NCBI GenBank assembly: GCA_003553085.1
Contig: PUPH01000066.1
Location: forward strand, 568 to 64,567
DNA length: 64,000 nucleotides
Direction of reading: 5' to 3'
Source: Thermoplasmata archaeon
Lineage (GTDB): Archaea; Thermoplasmatota; Thermoplasmata; Halarchaeoplasmatales; Halarchaeoplasmataceae
Shown here piece after piece: positions 17,345-26,612 of this stretch. Below the pieces are notes generated by a model that saw only the letters and a list, made by a program, of their open reading frames with translations, made no database searches and was not told where the DNA came from. Position 1 is the stretch's first letter; every line of letters begins with the position of its first letter. The position numbers were made by a program, and so were the translations under genes.

Positions 17345-18244
17345 ATGGCAAGGCGAAAGTCCAGACGAGCATCCAGACGTGTAAAAGACAAATGGAAGTC
17401 AAAGAGCTGGTACACTATAGTGGCACCAGATATGTTCGAAGGTGCGAAGGTAGGAGAAACTCCCGCTGCGGAACCCGAGCTGCTATTAGGTAGGGTTTCT
17501 GAGATCAGTCTTCAGGATCTAGCCGGAGATTTTTCCAAAGTGCATGTTAAGATCAAACTCAGGGTCAATGCCGTAAGAGGTGGAGAATGTAGAACCCAGT
17601 TCTATGGGCATGATATGACCTCAGACTTTATCAGAAGGTTGACAAGGAGAAGACGTTCGAAGATAGAGCCGGCCTTCGAAGTGAGCACCAAAGAAGGATA
17701 TCGGCTAAGAGTCAAAGTACTCTCAGTTACCAATAAAAGGATAAATTCATCCATAAAGAAATCCTTGAGGGAAAAACAGAGAGAGATCATCGAAGAGATG
17801 GCAGCCAAGTCCACACTGTCTCAGTTCGTGCAAAAGATGCTCTTCGGTTCACTTGTGAGCAGTATAAAGAGGGAATGTAAAACCATATATCCGCTCAGGA
17901 CTGTCGAGATATGTAAATCCAAGATCATTTCCATCCCAGAAGATGAAGATGTTGAAGATCTCATATTGACGGAAGAAGAGCTTGAAGAGGAAGAAGAGGA
18001 AGAGATGGTGGAAGAAGAGGAAGAAGAAGCGGAACCGGAGAAAGGGACCTCCAAACCAGAGGTTATGGAGGAATTCCAAAAGATCGATGGTGTCGGCCCC
18101 ACCATGGCTGAAAAGCTCTATGACGGAGGATTCAGGACCCTGGATCAACTAAAAGAGGCTTCAGAAGAAGACTTGACCCAGATAGACGGAGTGGGAGCCG
18201 CCTTTTCTAAGAAGATACATAAAGCACTGCACGAAGGTGAATGA
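17345..18244 (+). CDS. rps3ae: 30S ribosomal protein S3Ae (eS1) with an unusual C-terminal poly-Glu linker and two helix-hairpin-helix motifs
   Basis: MARRKSRRASRRVKDKWKSKSWYTIVAPDMF is the hallmark eS1 N-terminus. The body runs to about residue 200. Then EEELEEEEEEEMVEEEEEEAE, followed by IDGVGPTMAEKLYDGGFRTLDQL and IDGVGAAFSKKIHKAL (HhH GxG hairpins). Confidence 0.85.
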   Translation: MARRKSRRASRRVKDKWKSKSWYTIVAPDMFEGAKVGETPAAEPELLLGRVSEISLQDLAGDFSKVHVKIKLRVNAVRGGECRTQFYGHDMTSDFIRRLTRRRRSKIEPAFEVSTKEGYRLRVKVLSVTNKRINSSIKKSLREKQREIIEEMAAKSTLSQFVQKMLFGSLVSSIKRECKTIYPLRTVEICKSKIISIPEDEDVEDLILTEEELEEEEEEEMVEEEEEEAEPEKGTSKPEVMEEFQKIDGVGPTMAEKLYDGGFRTLDQLKEASEEDLTQIDGVGAAFSKKIHKALHEGE

Positions 18245-18257
18245 TCCCCACCAAAAT

Positions 18258-18354
18258 GTCGGGGTAGCTCAGCCTGGTGGAGCGCTAGACTCATAGGGAA
18301 ATCAAGCGTTCCTGGGACATCTAGAGGCCGCGGGTTCAAACCCCGCCCCCGACA
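18258..18354 (+). tRNA. tRNA with anticodon CAU (elongator Met or Ile2) and a roughly 23-nt intron at 37/38
   Basis: Folded by hand. Acceptor GTCGGGG/CCCCGAC plus A. D stem GCTC/GAGC. Anticodon stem CTAGA(18285-18289)/TCTAG(18320-18324), loop CTCATA..A, with CAT at 18292-18294. 5-nt variable loop. T arm GCGGG-TTCAAAC-CCCGC. Intron about 18296-18318. G1-C72 argues against an initiator. Confidence 0.85.
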
Positions 18355-18431
18355 TCTGTGTTTATTTTATTTGATGTTTGAACCGCGGGTTCACGAGAAA
18401 AATACGAAGTATCGATATATCGATTACAGAT

Positions 18432-19889
18432 TCAACACTGCTTGATCTTGGCCTTTTTAGTCGAGGGGTCGTAAAGTACAACCTTTCCTGGATCCGGTTG
18501 GATATCCCTCATCTTCTGATAGTCTGTCTGACCCTGCCAGGTAGATGCGTTGATCATTATGGTGTTGTGATGCGTTTTAACGTCTGTTTTATGTATATGC
18601 CCGGTGACGAATACGTCTGGGACCTCCTCGATGACCAGAAGATCTTCCTTTTCGGGAGCTATGGGTGTTTTTTTACCGTACACCGGTACGAGATGCCTTC
18701 GTTCGAGCATCTCTCTCATAGCGGAGCATGGTTCGTCGGAATCTACACCTGTAAGCAGATCTGAAAGATCATTGATGCTCCCACCGTGATAAGCGAGTAT
18801 CTTCAACTCACCTATACGTATCATCGATGGGTTTCCGCAAAAAGTTACGTTTTTGGGGAACAGCTTCTGTACATCCTCGGTAAGAGCGGGTTGTGGCTCC
18901 ATGTTCCGTACTATATCGTGGTTGCCGGGGATGGCGATCACCTTTATGTGAGATGGTATCCTCTTCATCATCTCACCGAGTACCCTATACTGTTCATATA
19001 CGTCTTTTATCTCTAATTCATCTTCCTGGTTCGGATATATACCGATACCGTCGATCAGATCACCTGCTATAACAAGGTATCTTATATCCTCAGATCCGTC
19101 GGTACCCGACTCCATCCAGTTTAGGAAATTCTCCCATTTATCCTTCAAGAAGGTGGTGCTGCCGACATGGATATCGCTGATGAAGGCAACTTTACCGTCG
19201 AAATCTGAGATCATCCTTCTACCGTTTTTTGGTACACTAGGCCGAACTATATTATCTATAGATAGTGTAGTATCGTAGCCGTTCTTTTTCTCCCATATCC
19301 TTCCGATGGCGATTATCACTTCGTCTTCGATTATCTCCTGTTCGAAAGCCTCGCTTTCCGAAGATACGAAACCCCGTATCATGCCGGTCGGGTCTTCGAG
19401 TGTTAAAAACTTGTTCCCGTTTGAGGTGGTGCTAACATCGGACACCATGGCGATTATCCTGGCATCGCCTTTTCGTTTCTTTACACTGCGGATGTTCATA
19501 ACGCCTTTCGCCTCACGGCGTCGGCTTAGTATATTCCGCAATTTCTCAAATCGGTTCAAAAAATGACCTGTGAAATCCGATAATTCGCCTGTACACAATG
19601 AATTTCCGGTTATATCACAAACTATGTCCACATCCAAACTTTCTACACATGATTTGGTAGGTACCTTGATCGGGGTGTCTGACGGTTCTTCAGCTGTTTC
19701 AACGAACGATACAAGACAATCACGCCCCACGGGGAAAGGTAGCTCTTTAGAACTGTTGATCATATCTCTTACTACGTGCAGAGGTTTATCCATTGAATCC
19801 AAGTACTTCCACGCCCCCGGTGTGAGCAATGTATTTTTTTCCGCTAACTCTTTCAGAATGGCCTCGCGCATCCCAATCATAACTACCAT
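18432..19889 (-). CDS. DNA polymerase II (PolD) small subunit DP1
   Basis: Calcineurin-like phosphoesterase motifs in DP1 order: FISDIHVGS, VIAGDLIDGIGIY, IPGNHD, AYHG, VTGHIHK. An OB-fold-like middle region. 485 aa. Confidence 0.85.
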   Translation of the reverse strand: MVVMIGMREAILKELAEKNTLLTPGAWKYLDSMDKPLHVVRDMINSSKELPFPVGRDCLVSFVETAEEPSDTPIKVPTKSCVESLDVDIVCDITGNSLCTGELSDFTGHFLNRFEKLRNILSRRREAKGVMNIRSVKKRKGDARIIAMVSDVSTTSNGNKFLTLEDPTGMIRGFVSSESEAFEQEIIEDEVIIAIGRIWEKKNGYDTTLSIDNIVRPSVPKNGRRMISDFDGKVAFISDIHVGSTTFLKDKWENFLNWMESGTDGSEDIRYLVIAGDLIDGIGIYPNQEDELEIKDVYEQYRVLGEMMKRIPSHIKVIAIPGNHDIVRNMEPQPALTEDVQKLFPKNVTFCGNPSMIRIGELKILAYHGGSINDLSDLLTGVDSDEPCSAMREMLERRHLVPVYGKKTPIAPEKEDLLVIEEVPDVFVTGHIHKTDVKTHHNTIMINASTWQGQTDYQKMRDIQPDPGKVVLYDPSTKKAKIKQC

Positions 19890-20068
19890 GGAACATCATG
19901 TATTAATTATTTTTTAAATTCCGGGGATCCATATCAAAATGATACGGACCGTTCTAGAATATTCATATAGAGTAAATATTGCTTATAAAGGGCAAAATAC
20001 TTTATACTGTCTTGATGATTAAGGGCTAATTCTAGTAGAAACTCATGAACATTACCTGGTGAGGAAAA

Positions 20069-23000
20069 ATGTCGAGCAGAAACATATCTATAAACAAGGT
20101 TTTCGGGCTGGCGATAGTGATTTTGATTTTGATAGGGACCCTGACTCCCGCGTATTCGGTGATAGGTGGGGAGACCAACGAGGATAGTTCATCTCGATCA
20201 GACGAGTTGTTCTCTCCAACGATAATCGGTAACACGTGGTACATCGACGGGCATGAAACACTAGAGGGGTCTCCCGATCGTGATGAGTTCCCTCTGGACG
20301 CGAACATCCAGATCAACGATTCAGCATCTTTGACGATCAACGATGCGACACTGAGTCTTTTGATAGACGGATTCCATCCATGGAGGATAACGCTGATGGA
20401 TAATGCCGAGCTGACACTCAACAATGCGACCATAACAACAACTATGAGAGGAGAAGGACTGTTGAGACCTTTCTTGAAAACAAATGTTTCTGCGTTCGCT
20501 GGTTCATCGATCAATATGTACGATAATTCTTCTTTCCAATTCCCTGGTTGGGTATATTTAGAGAACTCGGAACTAAACATGGTAAACTCTCGCTTCGAAC
20601 CCCTTGAGCACGTACCAGAGTTCGATTATACATGGGGAGAGTCCGAAAGAAGCATAGGTATCGAGGACAACAACGACTGTCCAAGATTGATCGCCAGTGA
20701 TGGATCATACATACACTTGGAAGACTCGGAGATCAATAACCAGTACAGAAACAACCTCATAGGCCACATGGAATGGGAACCAGATTCCATCGATGGTGAT
20801 TATCACATCAATGAAGATGGACATATAGTGATAGAAGCAGGTGGCAATATAGAGGTGGATGTATGGGAATATATGAATCCGAGATTCCCCGGTCCGGATA
20901 GATACCCTTACTTTAATCCATTCAACAGGATAAGCGCTCTTTACATAGAGATGGATTATCGAACTGGAGAAAATTATACTGCAAACGACCCTGTAGAATA
21001 TGAGACTCCGGAAGAAACTAAAGAAGCATTCAACTTGGAACGTAGAGATTCTTTCGGAACTGACGGTGCGGAGATTTTTGAAACCAGTATCAGCACCTTC
21101 GGGAACGATGGAGATAGGTTCATCAAGAATTTGACGGTCAATTTGTTCAACCACGATGATCCAGATGATAATCAAACAGACATATTCATACGATCATTCA
21201 GGATGTTTTCTGCATTCGATAACGATATACATATTTGGAATTCAGAGATGGTGGCGATAAACAGTGTTATCGATGTTGATTTCAACCCCTCGGATGTCGA
21301 TCCGAGACCTGGTTTCACTCAGGCAACAGACAACACCAACTGGATGGCGAATGCCGACCAGGATCACAGGGTCATAAGGCTCCTTGAAGGATCGACTTTC
21401 AGAGGCTATGGATTCCAGCCCACCGACCTTGAACCTCAACCGGACGGAGATCCTATCTTCGTTACGGATGGAGATTCAGGAGTGGAGATATATCGATGGG
21501 CTACCGTCACACCGAAGGACCTGACAGGTACGCCGATATCCGGGACCAACATAACCTTCTCCAAGGGAGCATTGACTTACAATAACCCTGACGAGAATCC
21601 GGAAGCCTTGGATTACCTAGAAAGAAACTTCGGAGTGATATACGATTCAACCAATGGACATTATGTAACCGACCATAGAGGTCAAACGACCATGTTCCTA
21701 AGGAGTGATAACATAACACATCCTGAGGATTGGCCAAACAGTGAATATACGGGAGAATACACACTTCAAGCGATCTATGAAGATCCTGAAAGGGGTGTAG
21801 ATCTCAATGAAACAGCCCGTTCCATAAGCTTCTCAGCATTCCCTAACTTTGATGAAGAGGCGAATCACATGTTCTTTGACCTGGGATTCGATATGGAGAT
21901 CCCACATCCGGATCTAACGATATCCGAAGAAGACATCCACTTCCAGGTAGATGGAAATCCTGTCACCTATGTGACCAATGAAACCGAAGTCACCATAGAA
22001 GTTACAGTACATAATATAGGTACCTTAGAGGCCGAGGATGTACTCATACATTACTATATAGAAGATGAAGGAGCGGCCCCGGCCGAACTGCTACCTCCTG
22101 ATGTGATCAAGATCGGCGAATCAACCATAGACTACATAGACGAAGGCGATTCTGTACAGACGAACATAACATGGACCCCGGAGCTTCCGGGATTGTATGA
22201 GATATTCGTGTACGTAGATCCTTACGAAGATATCATCGAGCTCGATGATACGAACAATGTTGCCTCTAACACGTTGTGGGTAGGGGAAAAGGCCAACCTG
22301 TACGCAGAGGGCGTATTCTTCCTGCCTTCTGACGAGGTCGTCAACGGAACCCATGTGGAGATATATTCTGAAATAGTCAACTATGGAGGCACCGACGTTC
22401 ATGACGTAGAAGTGGCGTTTTACCTAGGGGATGAATATGGTGACCTTATAGGAACCAGCGTGATCGATATCCCAGGTAACGGAACACGTGTTATGACCGA
22501 GCCTATCCACTGGGAGTACCCTGGACCCGGTAACTATGACATCACCGTAGTGGCGGATCCAGACGGACTCGTCGATAGAGTACATACGGACATGAACAAA
22601 TTCACCAATGATATCAGTATATACACAGAACCTGACTTTGAAATAGACTATCTGAATATCAGCTCTGATGAGGTATATGATGGAGAAGAATTGACCATAT
22701 ATACGATGGTTAGTAACGTTGGAGAGTGGACCTCTTCGCAGACCGATGTTCGGTTCTATGTTGATCATGGTACAGACCATGAAGAGTTCATCGGATCTGT
22801 AACGGTACCATCCCTGCAGGGTGGAGAAAGCACTGAAGAACTGTCCATGGATTGGACCGCTAATATGGTTGAATCCGAACTCAGTGAGGTAAGGACGATC
22901 ACCGCAGTTGTCAACGAGGACTACGATGAAGAATTAGAGGTGAATCGTGATAACAATTATGCTGATGTTGACGTAGAGATAATGAATCCAGCAGAGTTAT

Positions 23001-25957
23001 CCATCATGCCTGAGGACATCACATTCGATACAGAATTAGCTGAGGTGGATGAACAACTCACCATCTTTGCCGAAGTTTATAACCATGGTGGAGAAGATGT
23101 CACGATCACCGTACGATTTTTCGAAGGTGAGGAAGTCATCGGAGAGGATGTGATAACCGTTGAAGCGGAAGGAGAAAGTGCTACAGCATCTGTATCTTGG
23201 ACTCCGACCCGTAGAGGAAATCACGAGATAAGGGTGGTTGTGGATCCCGACGAAGAGATATACGAAGTCGATCGACGCTTCAATGAGGCGAGCGTTATCA
23301 AACCCATCTTCAGTGATGGACTCAGACATGATCTGATCGTGGATGGTAATGATGTTGAAACCCGAGGTTCTTATCGATCTTCAGGGTACGTTGTCGTTAT
23401 GGACGGCGGAGAGCTGACCATAAGAGGTGAAGGAGATAGAGCATCTTTCGAGATGACACAGAGCAGGGACAACCAGTATAGCATAATCGTGAGAGACCAG
23501 GGTAGATTGGTCATCGAGAACACCATGATCTTTTCGGACTACGATATATCTATAATCGTATCTGATTCAGCCACACTCGAGGTCATCGACGATGGGATAC
23601 TCTATGATATGGTCAAATTAGAGGCCGTGGACGACTGCTTGGTCAATATCGAAGATTCGAGTATAAGGGGACCTGTAGAGATATCTTCAGGAACATTTAG
23701 AACTCATGAGAGTCAATTCACATCCACAGATACATTCATCAGCCCCAGTGAGATATACGGTGTAAATACTACATTCGAGAGCAACCTCGACGATTTCCAT
23801 GATACAACAGGTGCATTGACCGCTGTACAAACGGATTCTATCACCATGACCGGAGATTCCGAGATCGATATATTGATATGGTTGAGAGCACATACGGTCA
23901 GTCAAGGTAATATCCCTCTGGGAGGAACCCGTGTAGAGATAAACAGTTTGAACATTGACTATAGTGCTTCAGGTATAACGGATGATCAAGGAAGCGTATA
24001 TCTACCCGCATTGACCAATATACTGACACCGGGGGCAGATGACTACGTCGGCAATTATGAGATCGAGGCTGAGTACGTCTGGGGTGAGATGATTTATTCT
24101 TTCGGTCCCATCACAGAACCATTCCCTGGATACACCGACGGACAATACCTGATAGAGAGAACCCTCAGATTTGAAGACCTTATGATCCCTGATCTAGCTA
24201 TCACAGATGGTGATGTTCATACCGATGTGGACGACGTGGCCTCTGGAGAACAGGTCCGGATAACTGTAGAGGTACACAATCTTGGTATGGCCGATGCAGA
24301 GGATGTAAACGTAGAATTCTATCTGATAGGACCAGAAGATGAAGAACTTATAGACATATACACTATCGACGGCATCCAGAGTATGGAATCTGAGACCGCT
24401 GAGATATACTGGACCGCTTCTTTGAGCGATACAGGTCTCAGAGAAGAAGTTAGACAGATCCGTGTTTGGGTGAACCCCGATGTTTCACCATTGCCAGATC
24501 CACAGTTGGATAACAACGAAGCATTCACCCAGGTAACGGTCAGAGCCGTTCCCATGCCTGAGTTCTATTCAGACGATGTGATCATCACTGTGGATGGCAG
24601 TCCCATCGAAAACAACACGGTCCTCGAAAGAGATGACCTGGATATCAGCGTTCATGTTGTGAACAACGGCGGCACTATAATGAGAAATGCCACAATAGAG
24701 TTCTTCTACAACGGAGAAACTATCGGACAGAACATAACGGATATGCCGGTCGATGAAGTATTGAATATCACAGAACCGTGGACGGCTACCGTAACAGGTG
24801 AAGTGACCATCGAGGTCGTGCTATATGCATCCGATGGAAACCTAACTGTGTCCAGGAACATCATAATCGAAGAGATGACACCTATGTTCATAGGCATATC
24901 GATACCACTTGATGACATGGATATGGGAGAACCTTTTACCGTACTGGGAGATCTGGTCAGATCCGTCGACGAAAAACCTATCAGCGGTATGACGGTTAGA
25001 GCTCAACTCATCGACGAGGACGGAACCACTGTAGATGAAGGGACTGCGGTTACAGGTGACGGCGGCTCATTCGTTATCGATCTGGTCACTCCTGATAGAG
25101 GCGGTGATTTCTACGTCAGATTGACTCCTGACCATCCCCGAGGAGAAGAACTAGATACCCAGCAATTTTCAGTCATCGATCCGGCCGAAGGCATACCACT
25201 CTGGATGTTCGCATTGATCATAGTGGTTGTAGTCGCCGGTGGTTTGGTGGGCATGATCCTCTACCTCAAGTACAAAGGAGAAGGTGAGTGGGTCGAGTGC
25301 GGTGAGTGTGGTTCGACCATACCTGCAGAATCCACCAGCTGTCCGAAGTGTAACACTGAATTCGAGATGGGTACTGTGAAATGCAGTGAATGCGGCGAAT
25401 GGATCTCGGGAGATGCTGCTGAATGTCCACATTGTGGAGTAGAGTTCATCACTACCGGTAAAGACGTCGAAGATTACTCTGAATCCATGAAACGGCAGTA
25501 CGAGGCTTATGTGGAGAAGAACAAGAGATGGGCTAGAGAAGAACTAGGTGACAAGTTCACCGAGGAGGAGTTCATGGAATGGTGGTCAGAGCAGCCGAGT
25601 TACCTGACCTTCGACGACTGGCTAGAGCAGGAAGAGGCCAGGCGTAAGAAAGGAGGCGTCGAGTGTCCGCAGTGCGATGCACTGAACAGTGTTGACGACG
25701 CCCTCTGTCAGAAGTGTGGTACAACGTTGATACAATTCACACAGAAGACCGAGGAGGAAGAAGAGGAGGAAGAAGAGATGCCACTCTTAGGCCTGGACGA
25801 CATCGAGAAGTTAGGTGATGAAGAGGAACCTGAAGAAGAGATGGAAGAGGACGAAGAGCCTGAGAGGAAGGTCGTTAAGAAGGTGAAGAAACGACCGAAG
25901 AGAGTGGCTAAAAGGGTGAAAAAGAAGGTCGTGAAAAAGCCGGATGAAGAAGAGTGA
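20069..25957 (+). CDS. Giant (1962 aa) acidic surface protein: N-terminal signal/anchor, parallel beta-helix-like regions, multiple CARDB-like Ig modules, one C-proximal TM helix and a cytoplasmic tail with zinc ribbons and charged tracts
   Basis: N-terminus KVFGLAIVILILIGTL, with SD-like GGTGAGG upstream. Beta-helix-like repeats (SLTINDATLSL..AELTLNNATITT, and GGELTIRG..GRLVIENTMI..ATLEVIDD). CARDB-like modules (e.g. DLTISEEDIHFQVDG..TIEVTVHNIGTLEAEDVLIHYY; DLAITDGDVH..VRITVEVHNLGMADAEDVNVEFY). TM helix IPLWMFALIIVVVVAGGLVGMILYL at about 25192-25270. Tail with CGECG..CPKC, CSECG..CPHCG, CPQC..CQKCG, E9 and KVVKKVKKRPKRVAKRVKKKVVKK. Confidence 0.8.
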   Translation: MSSRNISINKVFGLAIVILILIGTLTPAYSVIGGETNEDSSSRSDELFSPTIIGNTWYIDGHETLEGSPDRDEFPLDANIQINDSASLTINDATLSLLIDGFHPWRITLMDNAELTLNNATITTTMRGEGLLRPFLKTNVSAFAGSSINMYDNSSFQFPGWVYLENSELNMVNSRFEPLEHVPEFDYTWGESERSIGIEDNNDCPRLIASDGSYIHLEDSEINNQYRNNLIGHMEWEPDSIDGDYHINEDGHIVIEAGGNIEVDVWEYMNPRFPGPDRYPYFNPFNRISALYIEMDYRTGENYTANDPVEYETPEETKEAFNLERRDSFGTDGAEIFETSISTFGNDGDRFIKNLTVNLFNHDDPDDNQTDIFIRSFRMFSAFDNDIHIWNSEMVAINSVIDVDFNPSDVDPRPGFTQATDNTNWMANADQDHRVIRLLEGSTFRGYGFQPTDLEPQPDGDPIFVTDGDSGVEIYRWATVTPKDLTGTPISGTNITFSKGALTYNNPDENPEALDYLERNFGVIYDSTNGHYVTDHRGQTTMFLRSDNITHPEDWPNSEYTGEYTLQAIYEDPERGVDLNETARSISFSAFPNFDEEANHMFFDLGFDMEIPHPDLTISEEDIHFQVDGNPVTYVTNETEVTIEVTVHNIGTLEAEDVLIHYYIEDEGAAPAELLPPDVIKIGESTIDYIDEGDSVQTNITWTPELPGLYEIFVYVDPYEDIIELDDTNNVASNTLWVGEKANLYAEGVFFLPSDEVVNGTHVEIYSEIVNYGGTDVHDVEVAFYLGDEYGDLIGTSVIDIPGNGTRVMTEPIHWEYPGPGNYDITVVADPDGLVDRVHTDMNKFTNDISIYTEPDFEIDYLNISSDEVYDGEELTIYTMVSNVGEWTSSQTDVRFYVDHGTDHEEFIGSVTVPSLQGGESTEELSMDWTANMVESELSEVRTITAVVNEDYDEELEVNRDNNYADVDVEIMNPAELSIMPEDITFDTELAEVDEQLTIFAEVYNHGGEDVTITVRFFEGEEVIGEDVITVEAEGESATASVSWTPTRRGNHEIRVVVDPDEEIYEVDRRFNEASVIKPIFSDGLRHDLIVDGNDVETRGSYRSSGYVVVMDGGELTIRGEGDRASFEMTQSRDNQYSIIVRDQGRLVIENTMIFSDYDISIIVSDSATLEVIDDGILYDMVKLEAVDDCLVNIEDSSIRGPVEISSGTFRTHESQFTSTDTFISPSEIYGVNTTFESNLDDFHDTTGALTAVQTDSITMTGDSEIDILIWLRAHTVSQGNIPLGGTRVEINSLNIDYSASGITDDQGSVYLPALTNILTPGADDYVGNYEIEAEYVWGEMIYSFGPITEPFPGYTDGQYLIERTLRFEDLMIPDLAITDGDVHTDVDDVASGEQVRITVEVHNLGMADAEDVNVEFYLIGPEDEELIDIYTIDGIQSMESETAEIYWTASLSDTGLREEVRQIRVWVNPDVSPLPDPQLDNNEAFTQVTVRAVPMPEFYSDDVIITVDGSPIENNTVLERDDLDISVHVVNNGGTIMRNATIEFFYNGETIGQNITDMPVDEVLNITEPWTATVTGEVTIEVVLYASDGNLTVSRNIIIEEMTPMFIGISIPLDDMDMGEPFTVLGDLVRSVDEKPISGMTVRAQLIDEDGTTVDEGTAVTGDGGSFVIDLVTPDRGGDFYVRLTPDHPRGEELDTQQFSVIDPAEGIPLWMFALIIVVVVAGGLVGMILYLKYKGEGEWVECGECGSTIPAESTSCPKCNTEFEMGTVKCSECGEWISGDAAECPHCGVEFITTGKDVEDYSESMKRQYEAYVEKNKRWAREELGDKFTEEEFMEWWSEQPSYLTFDDWLEQEEARRKKGGVECPQCDALNSVDDALCQKCGTTLIQFTQKTEEEEEEEEEMPLLGLDDIEKLGDEEEPEEEMEEDEEPERKVVKKVKKRPKRVAKRVKKKVVKKPDEEE

Positions 25958-25971
25958 AAAACTCTAACTTG

Positions 25972-25999
25972 AAACCCCTTCCCTTTTTTTACATTTTTC
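25972..25999 (+). terminator. Oligo-T archaeal terminator candidate with a conserved C-rich prefix
   Basis: AAACCCCTTCCCTTTTTTTACATTTTTC lies 15 nt after the stop of the 1962-aa gene. The same AAACCCCTTC..T7..AC motif follows two other plus-strand genes (38541, 48590). Confidence 0.4.
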
Positions 26000-26265
26000 T
26001 ACCATCGATCTGAGGTTATACAATTCTTGAGATGCCTCAAGTGGTGTTTACTTTTAAATACAATCGATAAGAACCATGTAGGTACTTGATAGATGAGTAT
26101 TATCAAGGTAATGATGAACGGTTTTTTGATGATGAAAAACACCTGTCAATATGAGTAAGCTGAAGTGTTATCATAAAATAAGATATCGAACAAGGAAAAA
26201 TTGAGTCAATAAACTATGTTTGAGCTATGTTATTCAAGATTATGGGAAGTACAGGACCCAAAAAG

Positions 26266-26612
26266 AATAGATCCTACCACATCGCAGAGCCGTGGGCTTC
26301 CCTACCGACAGGATGAAAACATCCTGTCCCTTTGGTCACCTAAGGTTTACGACCGACGGGAGAAGGCAGTGCCAAGCTACCATTACTCATATCCATGAGG
26401 ATTCTGAGTCATCTCGTTTTACGTCGGCAAATGGTTCATGCTTACTTTTGTTAAAGCGGACACCTACCGCTAATTTGAATCAAGTCGCCGAGAGGTCATC
26501 TCGACTAACAGATATACATACGGTGGTGAGGATATCTAACTCACTATCGGTATTCACCACCACAGTAGGACTGCGGGGTTCTCTACCACAGAACAGTATA
26601 GATCCTACCGGT
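26266..26612 (-). ncRNA. Candidate structured non-coding RNA of unknown class (weak resemblance to the Alu-domain twin hairpins of SRP RNA). Boundaries approximate
   Basis: It sits inside a 750-bp gene-free interval. Perfect or near-perfect stems: GACAGGATG/CATCCTGTC (26308-26329), GGTGGTGA/TCACCACC (26523-26562), CCGACG(26354-26359)/CGTCGG(26423-26428), GCGG/CCGC (26457-26471), CTCAT/ATGAG (26387-26400). On the minus strand the segment ends in UUCUUUUU. Near the minus-strand 5' end there are GUUCU-GUGGUA-GAGAAC and CCGCAG-UCCUA-CUGUGG hairpins. The strand call rests only on the T-run. Confidence 0.3.

Noticed and set aside
17960-18040. GAA/GAG-rich tract (and a similar one at about 25741-25870) as a possible microsatellite or repeat element
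   Set aside because: The units are imperfect and the tracts are in frame, encoding poly-Glu linkers in S3Ae and in the adhesin tail. This is low-complexity coding sequence, not a discrete repeat family.
26266-26612. Firm assignment of the structured block as RNase P RNA or SRP RNA
   Set aside because: I looked for the universal RNase P P4 element (GAGGAAAGUCC with a complementary ACAGAA..GCUUA strand) and found only a loose CCACAGAAC. I also looked for the SRP helix-8 signature (a GNAR tetraloop flanked by AGCA-type loops) and did not find it. In addition, the 5' and 3' ends are direct repeats, not complementary. Only a generic candidate-ncRNA call is justified.
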